The position numbers and the translations under genes are program-made. The notes below the pieces were generated by a model, which did not search any database, was not told the origin of the DNA, and worked only from the letters and a program-made list of their open reading frames with translations. A stretch of 64,000 nt of DNA from an uncultured Clostridia bacterium (lineage in GTDB: Bacteria; Bacillota; Clostridia; Oscillospirales; CAG-272). Where the stretch lies: NCBI GenBank assembly GCA_947586625.1, contig CANPXS010000001.1, positions 4,001-68,000 of the forward strand, given 5' to 3'. Each line of letters opens with the position of its first letter. Within the stretch, counting starts at the first letter, position 1. Of this stretch, positions 9,637-20,200 are shown one piece after another.

Positions 9637-12258
9637 ATGAGAAAAGAACTTCCCAAGACATACGATCCCTCCGACTTTGAGGACCGTATCTACAAGCAGT
9701 GGTGCGACGCGGGATATTTCGCGCCGTCGCGCCCGGGAGCGGAGACGTTCACCATCGTCATACCGCCCCCGAACATTACGGGGCAGCTCCATATGGGGCA
9801 CGCGCTCGACAATACGCTTCAGGACATTCTCATACGCTACAAGCGCATGAAGGGCTTCGACACGCTGTGGGTGCCGGGCACCGACCACGCTTCCATCGCG
9901 ACCGAGGCGAAGATAGTCGAGGCTATGCGCGCCGAAGGACTGACGAAGCAGGACGTCGGACGCGAGGAATTTCTTCGACGCGCGTGGGACTGGCGCGAAA
10001 AGTACGGCAATCGCATAGTGTCTCAGCTCAAGCGCATGGGCTCGTCCTGCGACTGGAGCCGCGAGCGCTTCACTCTCGACGAGGGCTGCTCCGAGGCGGT
10101 GCGCGAGGTGTTCGTGCGCCTTTATGAAAAGGGCCTCATCTACCGCGGCGAGCGCATCATAAACTGGTGCCCGCACTGCAAGACGTCGATATCGAACGCC
10201 GAGGTCAATTACGAGGAGCAGGCGAGCCACTTCTGGCACATCAAGTACCCGCTCGTCGGGGGCGGCGGATACGTCGAAGTCGCAACGACGCGTCCCGAGA
10301 CGCTTCTCGGCGATACCGCCGTCGCGGTCAATCCCGAGGACGAGCGCTACAAGCATCTTATCGGTCAGTACTGCGTGCTGCCTCTCGTCGGACGCCGCAT
10401 CCCGATCGTCGGCGACGAACACGCCCAGCTCGACAAGGGAACGGGCTGCGTAAAGATCACGCCCGCGCATGACCCGAACGACTTTGAGGTCGGCAAGCGT
10501 CAGCATCTTCCGATGGAGGTCTGCCTGACCGAGGACGCGAAGATAACGGACAATTACCCGAAATACGCCGGCATGGACCGCTACGAGGCGCGCAAAGCGA
10601 TAGTCGCCGACCTTGAGGCGGGCGGCTATCTCTGCGGCATCGAGGACTTGTCGCACGAGGTCGGCACCTGCTACCGCTGCGGAACCACCATTGAGCCGAT
10701 GGTGAGTCTGCAATGGTTCGTGAGGATGGAGCCGCTCGCGGGTCCCGCTATCGAGGCGGTAAAGGACGGCAAAGTCAGATTCGTGCCCGAACGATTCGAC
10801 AAAAACTACATGCACTGGATGGAGAACACGCAGGACTGGTGCATATCGCGTCAGCTTTGGTGGGGGCACCGCATTCCGGCGTTCTACTGCGACAAGTGCG
10901 GCGAGACAGTCGTGACGAAGGAATCGCACGCCGTGTGCCCGAAGTGCGGGTGCGAGATGCGTCAGGACCCCGACACGCTCGACACGTGGTTCTCCTCGGC
11001 TCTCTGGCCGTTCTCCACGCTCGGCTGGCCGAAGGAAACGGACGATTACAAGCGCTTCTATCCGACGAACACGCTCGTGACCGGCTACGATATAATCACG
11101 TTCTGGGTGTCGAGAATGATATTCTCCGCGCTCGAATATACTGGGCAGGCGCCGTTCGACACGGTTTTGATACACGGTCTTGTGCGCGACGCACAGGGAC
11201 GCAAGATGTCGAAGTCGCTCGGCAACGGCATCGACCCGCTTGAAATAATCGACAAATACGGCGCGGACGCGCTCCGGTTCGCGCTCGCGACGGGCAACTC
11301 GCCCGGCAACGACATGCGCTTCTCCGACGAAAGGATAGAGGCGGCGCGCAACTTCGTCAACAAGCTGTGGAACGCGGCGCGCTTCGTTCTCATGAACGTA
11401 GACATTGAAAAGGTCGACGTCCCCGACCCGGACACGCTCGCCGTCGAGGACAAATGGATACTGACGCAGTACGAGAACTGCATACGCGAGACGACGGCGG
11501 CGCTTGAGAAATACGAGCTCGGCATCGCGCTGTCGTGCCTCTACGACTTCGTCTGGGACGTGTTCTGCGACTGGTATATCGAGCTTTCGAAGCCGTCGCT
11601 CTCCGACAGCGGCTCATCATCGCACAAGGTGACGCAGAACACGATATCGTACGTGCTCGGCGGAACGCTGAAGCTGCTGCACCCGTTTTTGCCGTTCGTT
11701 ACCGAGGAGATATTCTCCGCGCTGCCGCACACGGACGCGGACGCGGACAGCATAATGGTGTCCCCGTACCCCGAGTACGATGAAAATCTGACGTTCGGTG
11801 CAGAGTCCGCGAAGATGGACGCCGTTATCGAGGCGATACGCGCGATACGCGCGCGCCGCGCCGAGATGAACGTGCCGCCGTCTCGCAAGGCGACCGTCAT
11901 GATCGACACGGAGACCCTGGAAACGTTCGCGGGAACGGAGTCGTTCTTCCGCCGTCTCGCATCGGCATCTGAGGTGGAGATGATTTCGGGCGCGCCGGAC
12001 GGCACCGTGCGCATCGTCACCGGTTCCGCCACCGTCTATATCCCGCTCGGCGAACTCGTTGACATAGAGGCTGAACGCAAACGCCTCGGGAAGGAACTCG
12101 AAAAAGCCGAGGGCGAGATAAAGCGTCTCGAGGGCAAGCTCGGGAACGCGGGATTTATTGCGAAAGCACCCGCCGCAGTCGTCGAGGGCGAGCGCGCGAA
12201 GCTCGAACGCGCAAAAGCAATAAAGGCGCAGCTTGAATCCGCGATAGCGGCGCTGTGA
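9637..12258 (+). CDS. valS: valine--tRNA ligase
   Basis: Class I motifs PPPNITGQLHMGH and KMSKS, with a C-terminal coiled coil. The ATG at 9637 directly follows the T-box terminator; the ORF-track extension to 9469 covers the leader. Confidence 0.97.
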   Translation: MRKELPKTYDPSDFEDRIYKQWCDAGYFAPSRPGAETFTIVIPPPNITGQLHMGHALDNTLQDILIRYKRMKGFDTLWVPGTDHASIATEAKIVEAMRAEGLTKQDVGREEFLRRAWDWREKYGNRIVSQLKRMGSSCDWSRERFTLDEGCSEAVREVFVRLYEKGLIYRGERIINWCPHCKTSISNAEVNYEEQASHFWHIKYPLVGGGGYVEVATTRPETLLGDTAVAVNPEDERYKHLIGQYCVLPLVGRRIPIVGDEHAQLDKGTGCVKITPAHDPNDFEVGKRQHLPMEVCLTEDAKITDNYPKYAGMDRYEARKAIVADLEAGGYLCGIEDLSHEVGTCYRCGTTIEPMVSLQWFVRMEPLAGPAIEAVKDGKVRFVPERFDKNYMHWMENTQDWCISRQLWWGHRIPAFYCDKCGETVVTKESHAVCPKCGCEMRQDPDTLDTWFSSALWPFSTLGWPKETDDYKRFYPTNTLVTGYDIITFWVSRMIFSALEYTGQAPFDTVLIHGLVRDAQGRKMSKSLGNGIDPLEIIDKYGADALRFALATGNSPGNDMRFSDERIEAARNFVNKLWNAARFVLMNVDIEKVDVPDPDTLAVEDKWILTQYENCIRETTAALEKYELGIALSCLYDFVWDVFCDWYIELSKPSLSDSGSSSHKVTQNTISYVLGGTLKLLHPFLPFVTEEIFSALPHTDADADSIMVSPYPEYDENLTFGAESAKMDAVIEAIRAIRARRAEMNVPPSRKATVMIDTETLETFAGTESFFRRLASASEVEMISGAPDGTVRIVTGSATVYIPLGELVDIEAERKRLGKELEKAEGEIKRLEGKLGNAGFIAKAPAAVVEGERAKLERAKAIKAQLESAIAAL

Positions 12259-12269
12259 CTGCATACAAA

Positions 12270-12300
12270 CAAAAAGGGCCTTCGGCCCTTTTTGTTTTTG
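12270..12300 (+). terminator. intrinsic terminator after valS
   Basis: AAAAAGGGCC-TTC-GGCCCTTTTTGTTTTTG. Confidence 0.85.
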
Positions 12301-12305
12301 CGCCT

Positions 12306-12587
12306 TTATTGCCCTTTTTCGAGCGCGTCTATGATAAGCCCCGCCGTGATCGAGAGCGGGACCGAGAAAACGGCGGAGCGTATCATCTCGGGGACGAGTG
12401 CGGCCGCGCGGTGATAGTCGTATAGTCCGTGCGCAACGACGGCGGCGAGTATGAGCCACAGAAGCGCGGCTGTGAGAAAAAACGCGATGAATATGCGCGC
12501 ACGTGCGCCTATATGCATAATTTTATGTATAAACGGATAAACAAAGGAAAACAACTGTCTGCACCTGTTTTTATTAAATATTAACAT
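12306..12587 (-). CDS. small hypothetical membrane protein
   Basis: 93-aa ORF with two hydrophobic segments. The start is uncertain (possibly the internal Met near 12518). Confidence 0.35.
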   Translation of the reverse strand: MLIFNKNRCRQLFSFVYPFIHKIMHIGARARIFIAFFLTAALLWLILAAVVAHGLYDYHRAAALVPEMIRSAVFSVPLSITAGLIIDALEKGQ

Positions 12588-12914
12588 TTATAATTTATTA
12601 TATAACGATACGATGATTTTTTCAATGGCCAATAATTTAACATAAAGTATATTTGTGAAAAAATATTTAGAATATAGTGAAATTTATGTATATTTAGCTC
12701 AAATAAGTAATTAAATACCGCAAAGCTTTGAAAAATAAGGGAATATCTCGATTATTATCAATCAAATTTGCATATAAATCTGAAAAAATGTCAAAAAATG
12801 CATATCAAACGCGTCTTTGACGCCGCGATAACGAAAACGTTAATCCGTGCCCGCGCGCAAAATGTTGTAAAATGCAGATATGACAAACACAGAGCGTGCA
12901 AGGGGGGATAAAAT

Positions 12915-13213
12915 ATGGCGCTCATATTTGAAACACATTCGGACGGCGAAACGATACGCCTCGCATACGCGGAGCGCGTGAAGGCGTGCGCGTCCTGTAC
13001 GCGCTGACGCGGCGAGGCAAGTGCTCGTACACCGTTTACGCCTTCGTCGAGGATGCGGACGGCGTCCGCGACGAAGGCGACGTTACATTTACGGCGCGTG
13101 ACGGCAAAGAGGCGGCGGCGATATTCGACATGGCGGTCAACGGCGTCGTTACGCCGGTGACGCTGCCGTATGTTATCGAAAACATAACGGATATGACGGA
13201 CGCGGCAGGATGA
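12915..13213 (+). pseudogene. small hypothetical protein, apparently frameshifted
   Basis: ATG at 12915 with RBS AAGGGGGG gives MALIFETHSDGETIRLAYAERVK.. and stops after 30 codons. The +1 frame continues as ORF 12986-13213 (VRVLYALTRRGKCSYTVYAFVED..). The frame junction is near 12980-12990. Confidence 0.3.
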
Positions 13214-13336
13214 GCGGGGCGACCCGCTCATTTTGTCTGCGTGTCTCCGCGCCGCGCGAAAATCGTTCTTTCCACTTGAAAACAGAGCGTATACGTGGTA
13301 AAATTAAAGAAAAAACGACAAGGAACGGTGAATGTT

Positions 13337-15493
13337 ATGTCAAAAGGCGGATTCACACTTCCCGGCGAAGCCGGATACGAAAAGCTCACGCTCGAGCTGT
13401 GCGAAAAATGGGGCGCGGACTGCATCCGCGACAGCGACGGCACAACGCTCTCCGACGAGATACTCGCCTCCGGCGTGCCGATATATTCGACCATATGCAT
13501 GGTCCGTTCGATAAATTCGTTTGCGAAGGAGCATAAAAACATGCTCCAGCGCAACTTCCTCTCCACCGACCCGAAGATGGCGGACGGCGAAACGCTTTTG
13601 ATAAAGCCGCTCGAGAAATACTTCCGCGAGCAGTTCACCATCTGCCCCGACGACGACGTGAACGAATTCTGGCAGGTGTGGGACCGCACTGACGGCGCGC
13701 TCGTGCCGAGCGACTGTTGGTCGTACGACCCCGCGTCCGAGACTGTCACGGTGACGGGATGCAAACCGTACCACTTCTACACCGTCTCTTTCCTTGCGTG
13801 CCGCATATGGGAGGAGATCTCGATGTACAACCACATCACCAACGACTGGGGCGACCGCGAGCATCTTATGGCTGTCGAGCCGCGCTATCCCGAGGTGCAG
13901 GATGCGCTACTCTCATATCTTGACGAGTGGTGCCGTTCGCACCCCGCAACAAAAGTCGTTAGATTCACGTCGATGTTCTATAACTTTACATGGATATGGG
14001 GCGCCGACGAGCGCGAACGCTCCATCTACACCGACTGGGGCAGCTATGATTTCAGCGTCAATCCCGTGTCGCTCCGCGAATTCGAGCGCGAGTACGGGTA
14101 CCGCATGACGGCGGAGGATTTCATCAACAATAACCGCCACAACGCGACGCACAATCCGCCGACGGAAAAATACCGCGACTGGATGGAGTTCACGGGCAAA
14201 TTCGTGCGCGAGTTCGGACGCAAATGCGTCGACCTCGTCCACAGCTACGGCAAGCTTGCATACGTGTTCTACGACGATACGTGGATAGGCGTCGAGCCGT
14301 GGAGCGAGCATTTCCATGAGTTCGGTTTCGACGGACTTATCAAATGCGTGTTCAATGCGTTCGAGGCGCGCCTCTGCGCCGGCGCGGACGTAAAAACGCA
14401 CGAGCTGCGTCTGCATCCGTATCTGTTCCCGACGGGACTGTCCGGTGAGCCGACGTTCGCCCCGGGCGGTCATCCCGAAGCTGACGCGCGCCGGTTCTGG
14501 GCATGCGTGCGCCGCGCGCTGCTGCGCGTGAAGATAGACCGCATCGGACTCGGCGGATATCTGTCGCTGACGGAGCCGTTTCCGGCGTTTCAGGACGAGA
14601 TCGCCAAGATAGCGGACGAGTTCCGCACGCTGCGCGACCTGCACGACGCGGGCGGACCGTGGAGCACGGGAATACGCGTCGCGGTGCTGCAATCGTGGGG
14701 CAGTCTGCGCACGTGGAACTGCGCGGGTCATATGCACGAGCATCCCGAGCTGCCGCTCAATCACATATATGAGGCCATGGCGGGTCAGCCGTTCGAGGTG
14801 CGCGCGATATCGGCGCACGACGTTGCCGAGCACGGCGTTCCCGCCGACGTCGACGTAATCATCAACGCGGGACGCGAGGGCGACGCGTGGTCGGGCGGCG
14901 ACGTCTGGGACGATCCGCGCCTGCTTTCGGCGATAACGGAGTTCGCGGCGCGCGGAGGCGGCGTTATCGGCGTCGGCGAGCCTGCGGCGAGACGCGGCGG
15001 CTACCGTCATTTCCGCATAGCGGATATAATCGGCGTCGACAGAGAGGTCGGCGAGACCATATGCTTTGAAAAGTACAAGTACGAGAAAAAGCCGCACTTT
15101 ATCACCGCCGACGGTGCACCGACTCATTTCCACAATAACGCCGCGGGCGCGTACGCGCTCGGCGCCGCAACGGATGTGCTCGCCGACGACGGAACGGGCG
15201 TGACGCTCGCATGCAAGCAGTTCGGCGACGGACGCGGCGTATATATGTCAGGTTTCACGTATAACGCGCGCAATGCGCGCGTCCTCTACCGCACGATACT
15301 GTGGGCGGCATGCAAGGAATCGCTCGCGGACGCGTATATGACGAGCGGCGAGAACTTTGAGTGCGCATACTATCCGAACACGAAAACTCTCGTCGTCATC
15401 AACAACTCGACCGAGTCCGGCACGGTCACGGTCAAAACTCCCGACGGCGACGTTACCGCCGACATCGCGGGCGAGGGAATTGCAATACTGTAA
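13337..15493 (+). CDS. gnpA: 1,3-beta-galactosyl-N-acetylhexosamine phosphorylase (GH112, lacto-/galacto-N-biose phosphorylase)
   Basis: N-terminus MSKGGFTLPGEAGYEKLTLELCEKWGADCIRDSDGT is characteristic of GH112, as is the ~718 aa size. ATG at 13337 after AGGAA. Confidence 0.85.
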   Translation: MSKGGFTLPGEAGYEKLTLELCEKWGADCIRDSDGTTLSDEILASGVPIYSTICMVRSINSFAKEHKNMLQRNFLSTDPKMADGETLLIKPLEKYFREQFTICPDDDVNEFWQVWDRTDGALVPSDCWSYDPASETVTVTGCKPYHFYTVSFLACRIWEEISMYNHITNDWGDREHLMAVEPRYPEVQDALLSYLDEWCRSHPATKVVRFTSMFYNFTWIWGADERERSIYTDWGSYDFSVNPVSLREFEREYGYRMTAEDFINNNRHNATHNPPTEKYRDWMEFTGKFVREFGRKCVDLVHSYGKLAYVFYDDTWIGVEPWSEHFHEFGFDGLIKCVFNAFEARLCAGADVKTHELRLHPYLFPTGLSGEPTFAPGGHPEADARRFWACVRRALLRVKIDRIGLGGYLSLTEPFPAFQDEIAKIADEFRTLRDLHDAGGPWSTGIRVAVLQSWGSLRTWNCAGHMHEHPELPLNHIYEAMAGQPFEVRAISAHDVAEHGVPADVDVIINAGREGDAWSGGDVWDDPRLLSAITEFAARGGGVIGVGEPAARRGGYRHFRIADIIGVDREVGETICFEKYKYEKKPHFITADGAPTHFHNNAAGAYALGAATDVLADDGTGVTLACKQFGDGRGVYMSGFTYNARNARVLYRTILWAACKESLADAYMTSGENFECAYYPNTKTLVVINNSTESGTVTVKTPDGDVTADIAGEGIAIL

Positions 15494-16384
15494 ATGAAGC
15501 TCGACCTTCACGAACTCTACGGCATCGACGTCTGCGGCGCGCTGCCGCTAGACGTCTGCATCATATCTAAGCCGTATCTTCTACAGCGCGCGGGGATAGG
15601 GACCGACGGCAGCGTGCTGCTCTTTCTGCTCCCGTACTACACGCGCGGCGGCGAGGGCGGCAACGTCTCCATGTACGCCGCCGCCGAGGATTACCACGGG
15701 TTCTGCCGCGAACTGTTCTCCGACGTGTGCGCGCGGCTGACGCGTCTCTGCCCGGACGGCATATTCTGCGGCTACGCGGATCACGCGCCCGTCTACGAGG
15801 TCGACGCCGCCGCAAAAGCGGGACTCGGCGTGTACGGCAAAAACGGACTTTTGCTCTCGCGCGCGTATTCGTCGTTCGTGTTCATCGCGGGGATATATTC
15901 GAGCATTCCCGCCGTAAAATGGGAAGAACTCGTATGCGGCGTCAGGCTGCCCGACAGCTTTGAGCCGCGTTACTGCCCCGACTGCGGGCGGTGCCGCGAC
16001 GCGTGCCCCGCACACGCGATAATGGATAAGGGCCGCATCGACACCGAAAAATGTCTGTCTGCGGTGACGCAGAAAAAGCGGCTCACGGAGGCGGACGAGT
16101 CTGCGGTCGCGGACGCCGAATACGTGTGGGGCTGCGACATATGCCAGCTCGTGTGCCCGTATACGATTGCCGCAAAAGCGGCGGGCACGCTCGAAACGCC
16201 GCTTTCATACTTCAAGGAAAAACTCATAAAAACTCTCGACATGCACACTCTCGACGAGCTCTCCCGCGACGGCGAGTTCGAGCGGCGCGCGTTTTCGTGG
16301 AGGGGCGAGGCGACCGTCCGCCGCAATCTGCGCCTGCGTGAAAAGTGTGTAAACGAGCAAGAAAAAGCAAAAGAGGACGACTGA
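15494..16384 (+). CDS. QueG-family (epoxyqueuosine reductase-like) 4Fe-4S protein
   Basis: Two ferredoxin-type clusters (CPDCGRCRDACP and CDICQLVCPY) and the QueG-like core DHAPVYEVDAAAKAGLGVYGKNGLLL. Confidence 0.7.
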   Translation: MKLDLHELYGIDVCGALPLDVCIISKPYLLQRAGIGTDGSVLLFLLPYYTRGGEGGNVSMYAAAEDYHGFCRELFSDVCARLTRLCPDGIFCGYADHAPVYEVDAAAKAGLGVYGKNGLLLSRAYSSFVFIAGIYSSIPAVKWEELVCGVRLPDSFEPRYCPDCGRCRDACPAHAIMDKGRIDTEKCLSAVTQKKRLTEADESAVADAEYVWGCDICQLVCPYTIAAKAAGTLETPLSYFKEKLIKTLDMHTLDELSRDGEFERRAFSWRGEATVRRNLRLREKCVNEQEKAKEDD

Positions 16385-17220
16385 TGACGGAAAAAATAAC
16401 GGAAAAGCAGAAAAATGACATACTTGACGCTGTGAGACGTGCCGGATGCGGACTTTTATCCGCGCACGACATCGAATCGCACATGAAGGTCAAGCCGGGA
16501 GACGCAAATTTTGCGACGGTTTGGGACGTGGAAACGCAGCGCGTCCTCTGTTCGCGCCTGCATGAGATAATACCCGAGGCGGGATTTCTCGCCGAGGAGG
16601 ACGCCGAAAACGACGGTGACGCATACGCGGAGCGCGCGAACGCAAATGACGACGCAATAACATTCATCGTCGACCCCATCGACGGCACGACAAATTTCAT
16701 ACACGGACTGTCTCACAGCGCAGTCTCGGTCGCGGTGTCTGCGTGCGGCTCGCCCGTGTTCGGCTGCGTTTATAACCCCTACCTCGACGAGATGTTTTAC
16801 GCGTCAAAAGGCAGCGGTGCGTACCTCTGCAAAAACAGCGTCACATCTCCCGTACACGTCTCCGACCGCACCCTCGACCGCGCTCTCTGCGCGTTCGGCA
16901 CGTCACCCTACGAGCGCTCGCGCGCCGACGTCACGTTCGAGCTTGCAAAGCGGATGTTTCTTTCGTGCCGCGAGGTGAGGCGCGAGGGCTCGGCGGCGCT
17001 CGATATATGCTACGTCGCCGCAGGACGCTACGACGTCTACTTCGAGCTGCACATATGCCCGTGGGATTTCGCCGCCGCGCTGCTCATTCTGACCGAGGCC
17101 GGCGGCATGATGACGGCGCTCGACGGCTCCCCCGTCGACGACAGACGCCCTACGTCTGCGTTCGCGTCCAATATCGCCTGCCGCCCTGCGGCAGCGGCGA
17201 TACTTTCGACTCAGATATGA
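16384..17220 (+). CDS. inositol monophosphatase family protein
   Basis: Motifs FIVDPIDGTTNF and PWDFAAALLILTEAGG. The ATG at 16384 overlaps the upstream TGA. Confidence 0.88.
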   Translation: MTEKITEKQKNDILDAVRRAGCGLLSAHDIESHMKVKPGDANFATVWDVETQRVLCSRLHEIIPEAGFLAEEDAENDGDAYAERANANDDAITFIVDPIDGTTNFIHGLSHSAVSVAVSACGSPVFGCVYNPYLDEMFYASKGSGAYLCKNSVTSPVHVSDRTLDRALCAFGTSPYERSRADVTFELAKRMFLSCREVRREGSAALDICYVAAGRYDVYFELHICPWDFAAALLILTEAGGMMTALDGSPVDDRRPTSAFASNIACRPAAAAILSTQI

Positions 17221-20200
17221 AGCTCGTTTACGCAAACGGACAGACGGCGGGACTCGACTATCTGTCCCGCTCCGTCGCAGACGCGGTCGCGGACGCGCAA
17301 TGCGCGCGCGGCGGCCGCGTTTTTGTCGTTATCCCCGATCAGATGGCGGTCACGGTCGAGGACGCGCTTTCGCGCGCGACGCCGCCGTCGGCACAGTTCG
17401 ACTACGACGTCGTCAGTTTCCGCCGCCTCGCCGACTACATTTTCCGCGCGAAGGGTGGCGTATTCTACCGTTTCGCCGACAAAGCCGCGGAGACGGTGAC
17501 GATGTGGCGGGCATTTTCGTCCGTGTCCGAGCATCTGCTCCACTACAAAAACTCCGTCACGCCCGACACTGTCCCGTCGCTTCTCTCCGCCGTCGAAGAG
17601 CTCAAATCGAGCATGGTCACGCCGGAGGACATGATGCGCGCGGCAATAAAGCTGTCGGGCGAGGGCGCGCCCGAGTCGAGAGTCCAAAAATACATCGACA
17701 TCGCAAACATATACGAAGCATACGGCGAGCTGCTCCACGACACGTACGACGACAGGCTCGAGGCGCTGACGCACGCGGTCGAACGCGTGCGCGGCACCGA
17801 TTTCTTTGAGCATTCGCGCGTGTTCGTGTTCGCGTTTTCGGGCTTCACCGCGCAGCAGAGCGCGATGATAGCGGAGATGACAAGCGCGCAGTCGCTGACG
17901 CTCATATTCCCAATCCCCGGCGACGGGCGCGACGTCGGCGAGCGCCACGACTTCGACGGTATCGCAGAGACGCGCTTGCGTCTGCGTGCGCTCGCCGCAC
18001 GGCGCCGCGTGCCGTTCGAGATCGAATATACGGGCGAGCGAAAAGACGGCTGTGTTTCGCTTCTGACTGACGCTTTGTGGCGCGGGACTACGAAACTGAC
18101 CGACGACGTTCCCGACGGCGTTGAGATAATAGAGGCCGCGTCGAGGCGCGGCGAAGCCGAGGCTGCGGCGATAAAGATATCCGCCGCCGTCCGCGCCGGA
18201 CTGCGCTTTCGCGACATCGCCGTATGCACGGGATCGCTCGAAAACTACCGCGGCATCATAGACGGTGTATTCGACGCATACTCGATACCGTATCACATGT
18301 CGTACCGCGCGCCGGTAGAGAAAATGCAGCTCGCGTCCGCTCTCCTTGCCGCGCTGCGCACGGTCATATACGGCTGGCGCGCCGACGATATTGTCGCATA
18401 CATAAAAACGGGACTTACGGGCCTTGATCCCGACGACGAGGACGAGCTCGTATTATACATGACGACGTGGAACATAGGCGGACGGCGCTTCCGCGACCCC
18501 GACGGCGGCGCGTGGGCGATGAACCCCGACGGCTACACCGTCAACTGGACCGAACGCGGAAAACAGATGCTCGGCCGCGTCAATATATCGCGCACAGCGG
18601 TCGCGGAGCCGCTCGAGGAGCTTGCGGACGCGTTCGGCGACGACACTGACGCGAAAGTCAAGACCGACGCCGTGCGCGCGTTTCTCGAGCGCGCCGCGTC
18701 AAACGCAGATGACAGCGCCGCCGAGCGTCTGCCCGACATTATCGCCGACGCGCTCGACGCCGTCGGCAACATAACGGGGCCGATAAAAGCCGCCGACTAC
18801 TTCACGTGCCTGCGCCTCGTGCTCGACACGCTGTCGGTCGGCACGATCCCGTCGCGCACCGACGAGGTGCAGATTTCGGACACGATAGGCATGCGCGGAC
18901 GCGGCTGCCGCCTTGTCATCATTTTGGGCTGCGCGGACGGCGAGCTTCCCGCGTTCGGTGCGGGCGGATTCTTCACCGAATCGGAGCGTATGTCGCTCGA
19001 AGGCGTCGGCGTCACCGTCGGCGAGAGCGCCGAATACAGGTCCGCGATGGAGCTTTACAACCTTACGCGTTGCGTCTCGTTCGGCGAAAACGTCGTCTTC
19101 ACATACCGCACGCAGGAAAACGGCTCGCTCCCGACCGTCATCGACCGCGTGCGCGCCATATTCCCAAACGTGAAGCGCGTAAAATTCGACGGCGTGACGA
19201 GCGCCGATCTCATATATTCATCATCGGGCGCCGTTTCGGGCTTTACGAGGATAAAAAACGGCGCCGAGCGCGACGCCGCAGTCGCGGAGCTTTATGACAT
19301 ACCCGCCGCGCGGCGCGTCGTCGACGGCATGTCGACGCCTATATCGGCGTCGTACGAGGTCGTATCGGACGAGACGGCGAAGTCGATATTCGGCGGCAGC
19401 ATCTCGTTTTCACAGTCGAGGCTCGAGAGCTTTGTCACATGCCGCTTCGGATTTTACTGTTCATACGTGCTCGGACTGCAAAAGCAGGCGCGCGCCCGCA
19501 TAGACTACGCCAACATCGGCACATTGATACACGCTGTGCTTGAAAAGATATTCTCCTCGGGCATGATAACGCGCGAAAACGTGACCGACGGCGAACTCGA
19601 ACGCGCCGCCGACGGGATAATCGCCGATTATATGACGCTGCTTTTCCCGCGCGGCAGTCAGAACGCCCGCATGCGCGGACTGTGGCGGCGGCTGCGCCGC
19701 TCCGTGCTTGTGTTTCTGCGCACGTTCCGCGACGAATTTGCACAGAGCAAATTCCGTCCCGTGCTGTTTGAGGTTCCGTTCGGCATGGGAGAGGGCTCGA
19801 TGCCGCCGCTCAAAATAAGGCTCGACGGCGGCGGGTACGCGTATCTGCGCGGCGTCGCAGACCGCGTCGACACGTACCGCGACGCGGACGGACACCTCTA
19901 TATACGCGTCGTCGACTATAAGACGGGGCAGAAGACATTCTCCCCCGACGACATAAAGGAGGGTCACAACCTCCAGCTGCCGCTCTATCTTTACACTATC
20001 TGCGCCGACGGCGAGAGCCGCGTCGAATCGCTCGGCGGAAAAAGCGGCGACATTCTCGTTCCCGCAGGATTTCTTTACGTCGGCGTTCGCCCGTCCGACA
20101 CGGACGCGGGAGGAGGCGTAGGAGTCGGCATCGACGAGAGCGACGCCTACGAGCGTTCGCGCCGTCTGCCTCGGCGCGGCATACTGCTCGCCGATGAGCA

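Noticed and set aside
9571-11175. 534-aa ORF antisense to valS. Similar long antisense ORFs occur elsewhere, e.g. 13913-15133, 21532-22800, 25561-26700, 28255-29256 and 52565-54460.
   Set aside because: They lie opposite genes with unmistakable family motifs and are extremely Arg/His/Ala-rich. They lack RBSs and are the expected stop-free shadow frames of GC-rich coding DNA.
16965-17216. Long N-terminal extension of addB (ORF start at 16965). Likewise valS from 9469 and the glycosidase from 9316.
   Set aside because: The extensions overlap the upstream gene or the T-box leader and are Arg-rich. The internal ATGs give canonical N-termini with an RBS or start/stop coupling.
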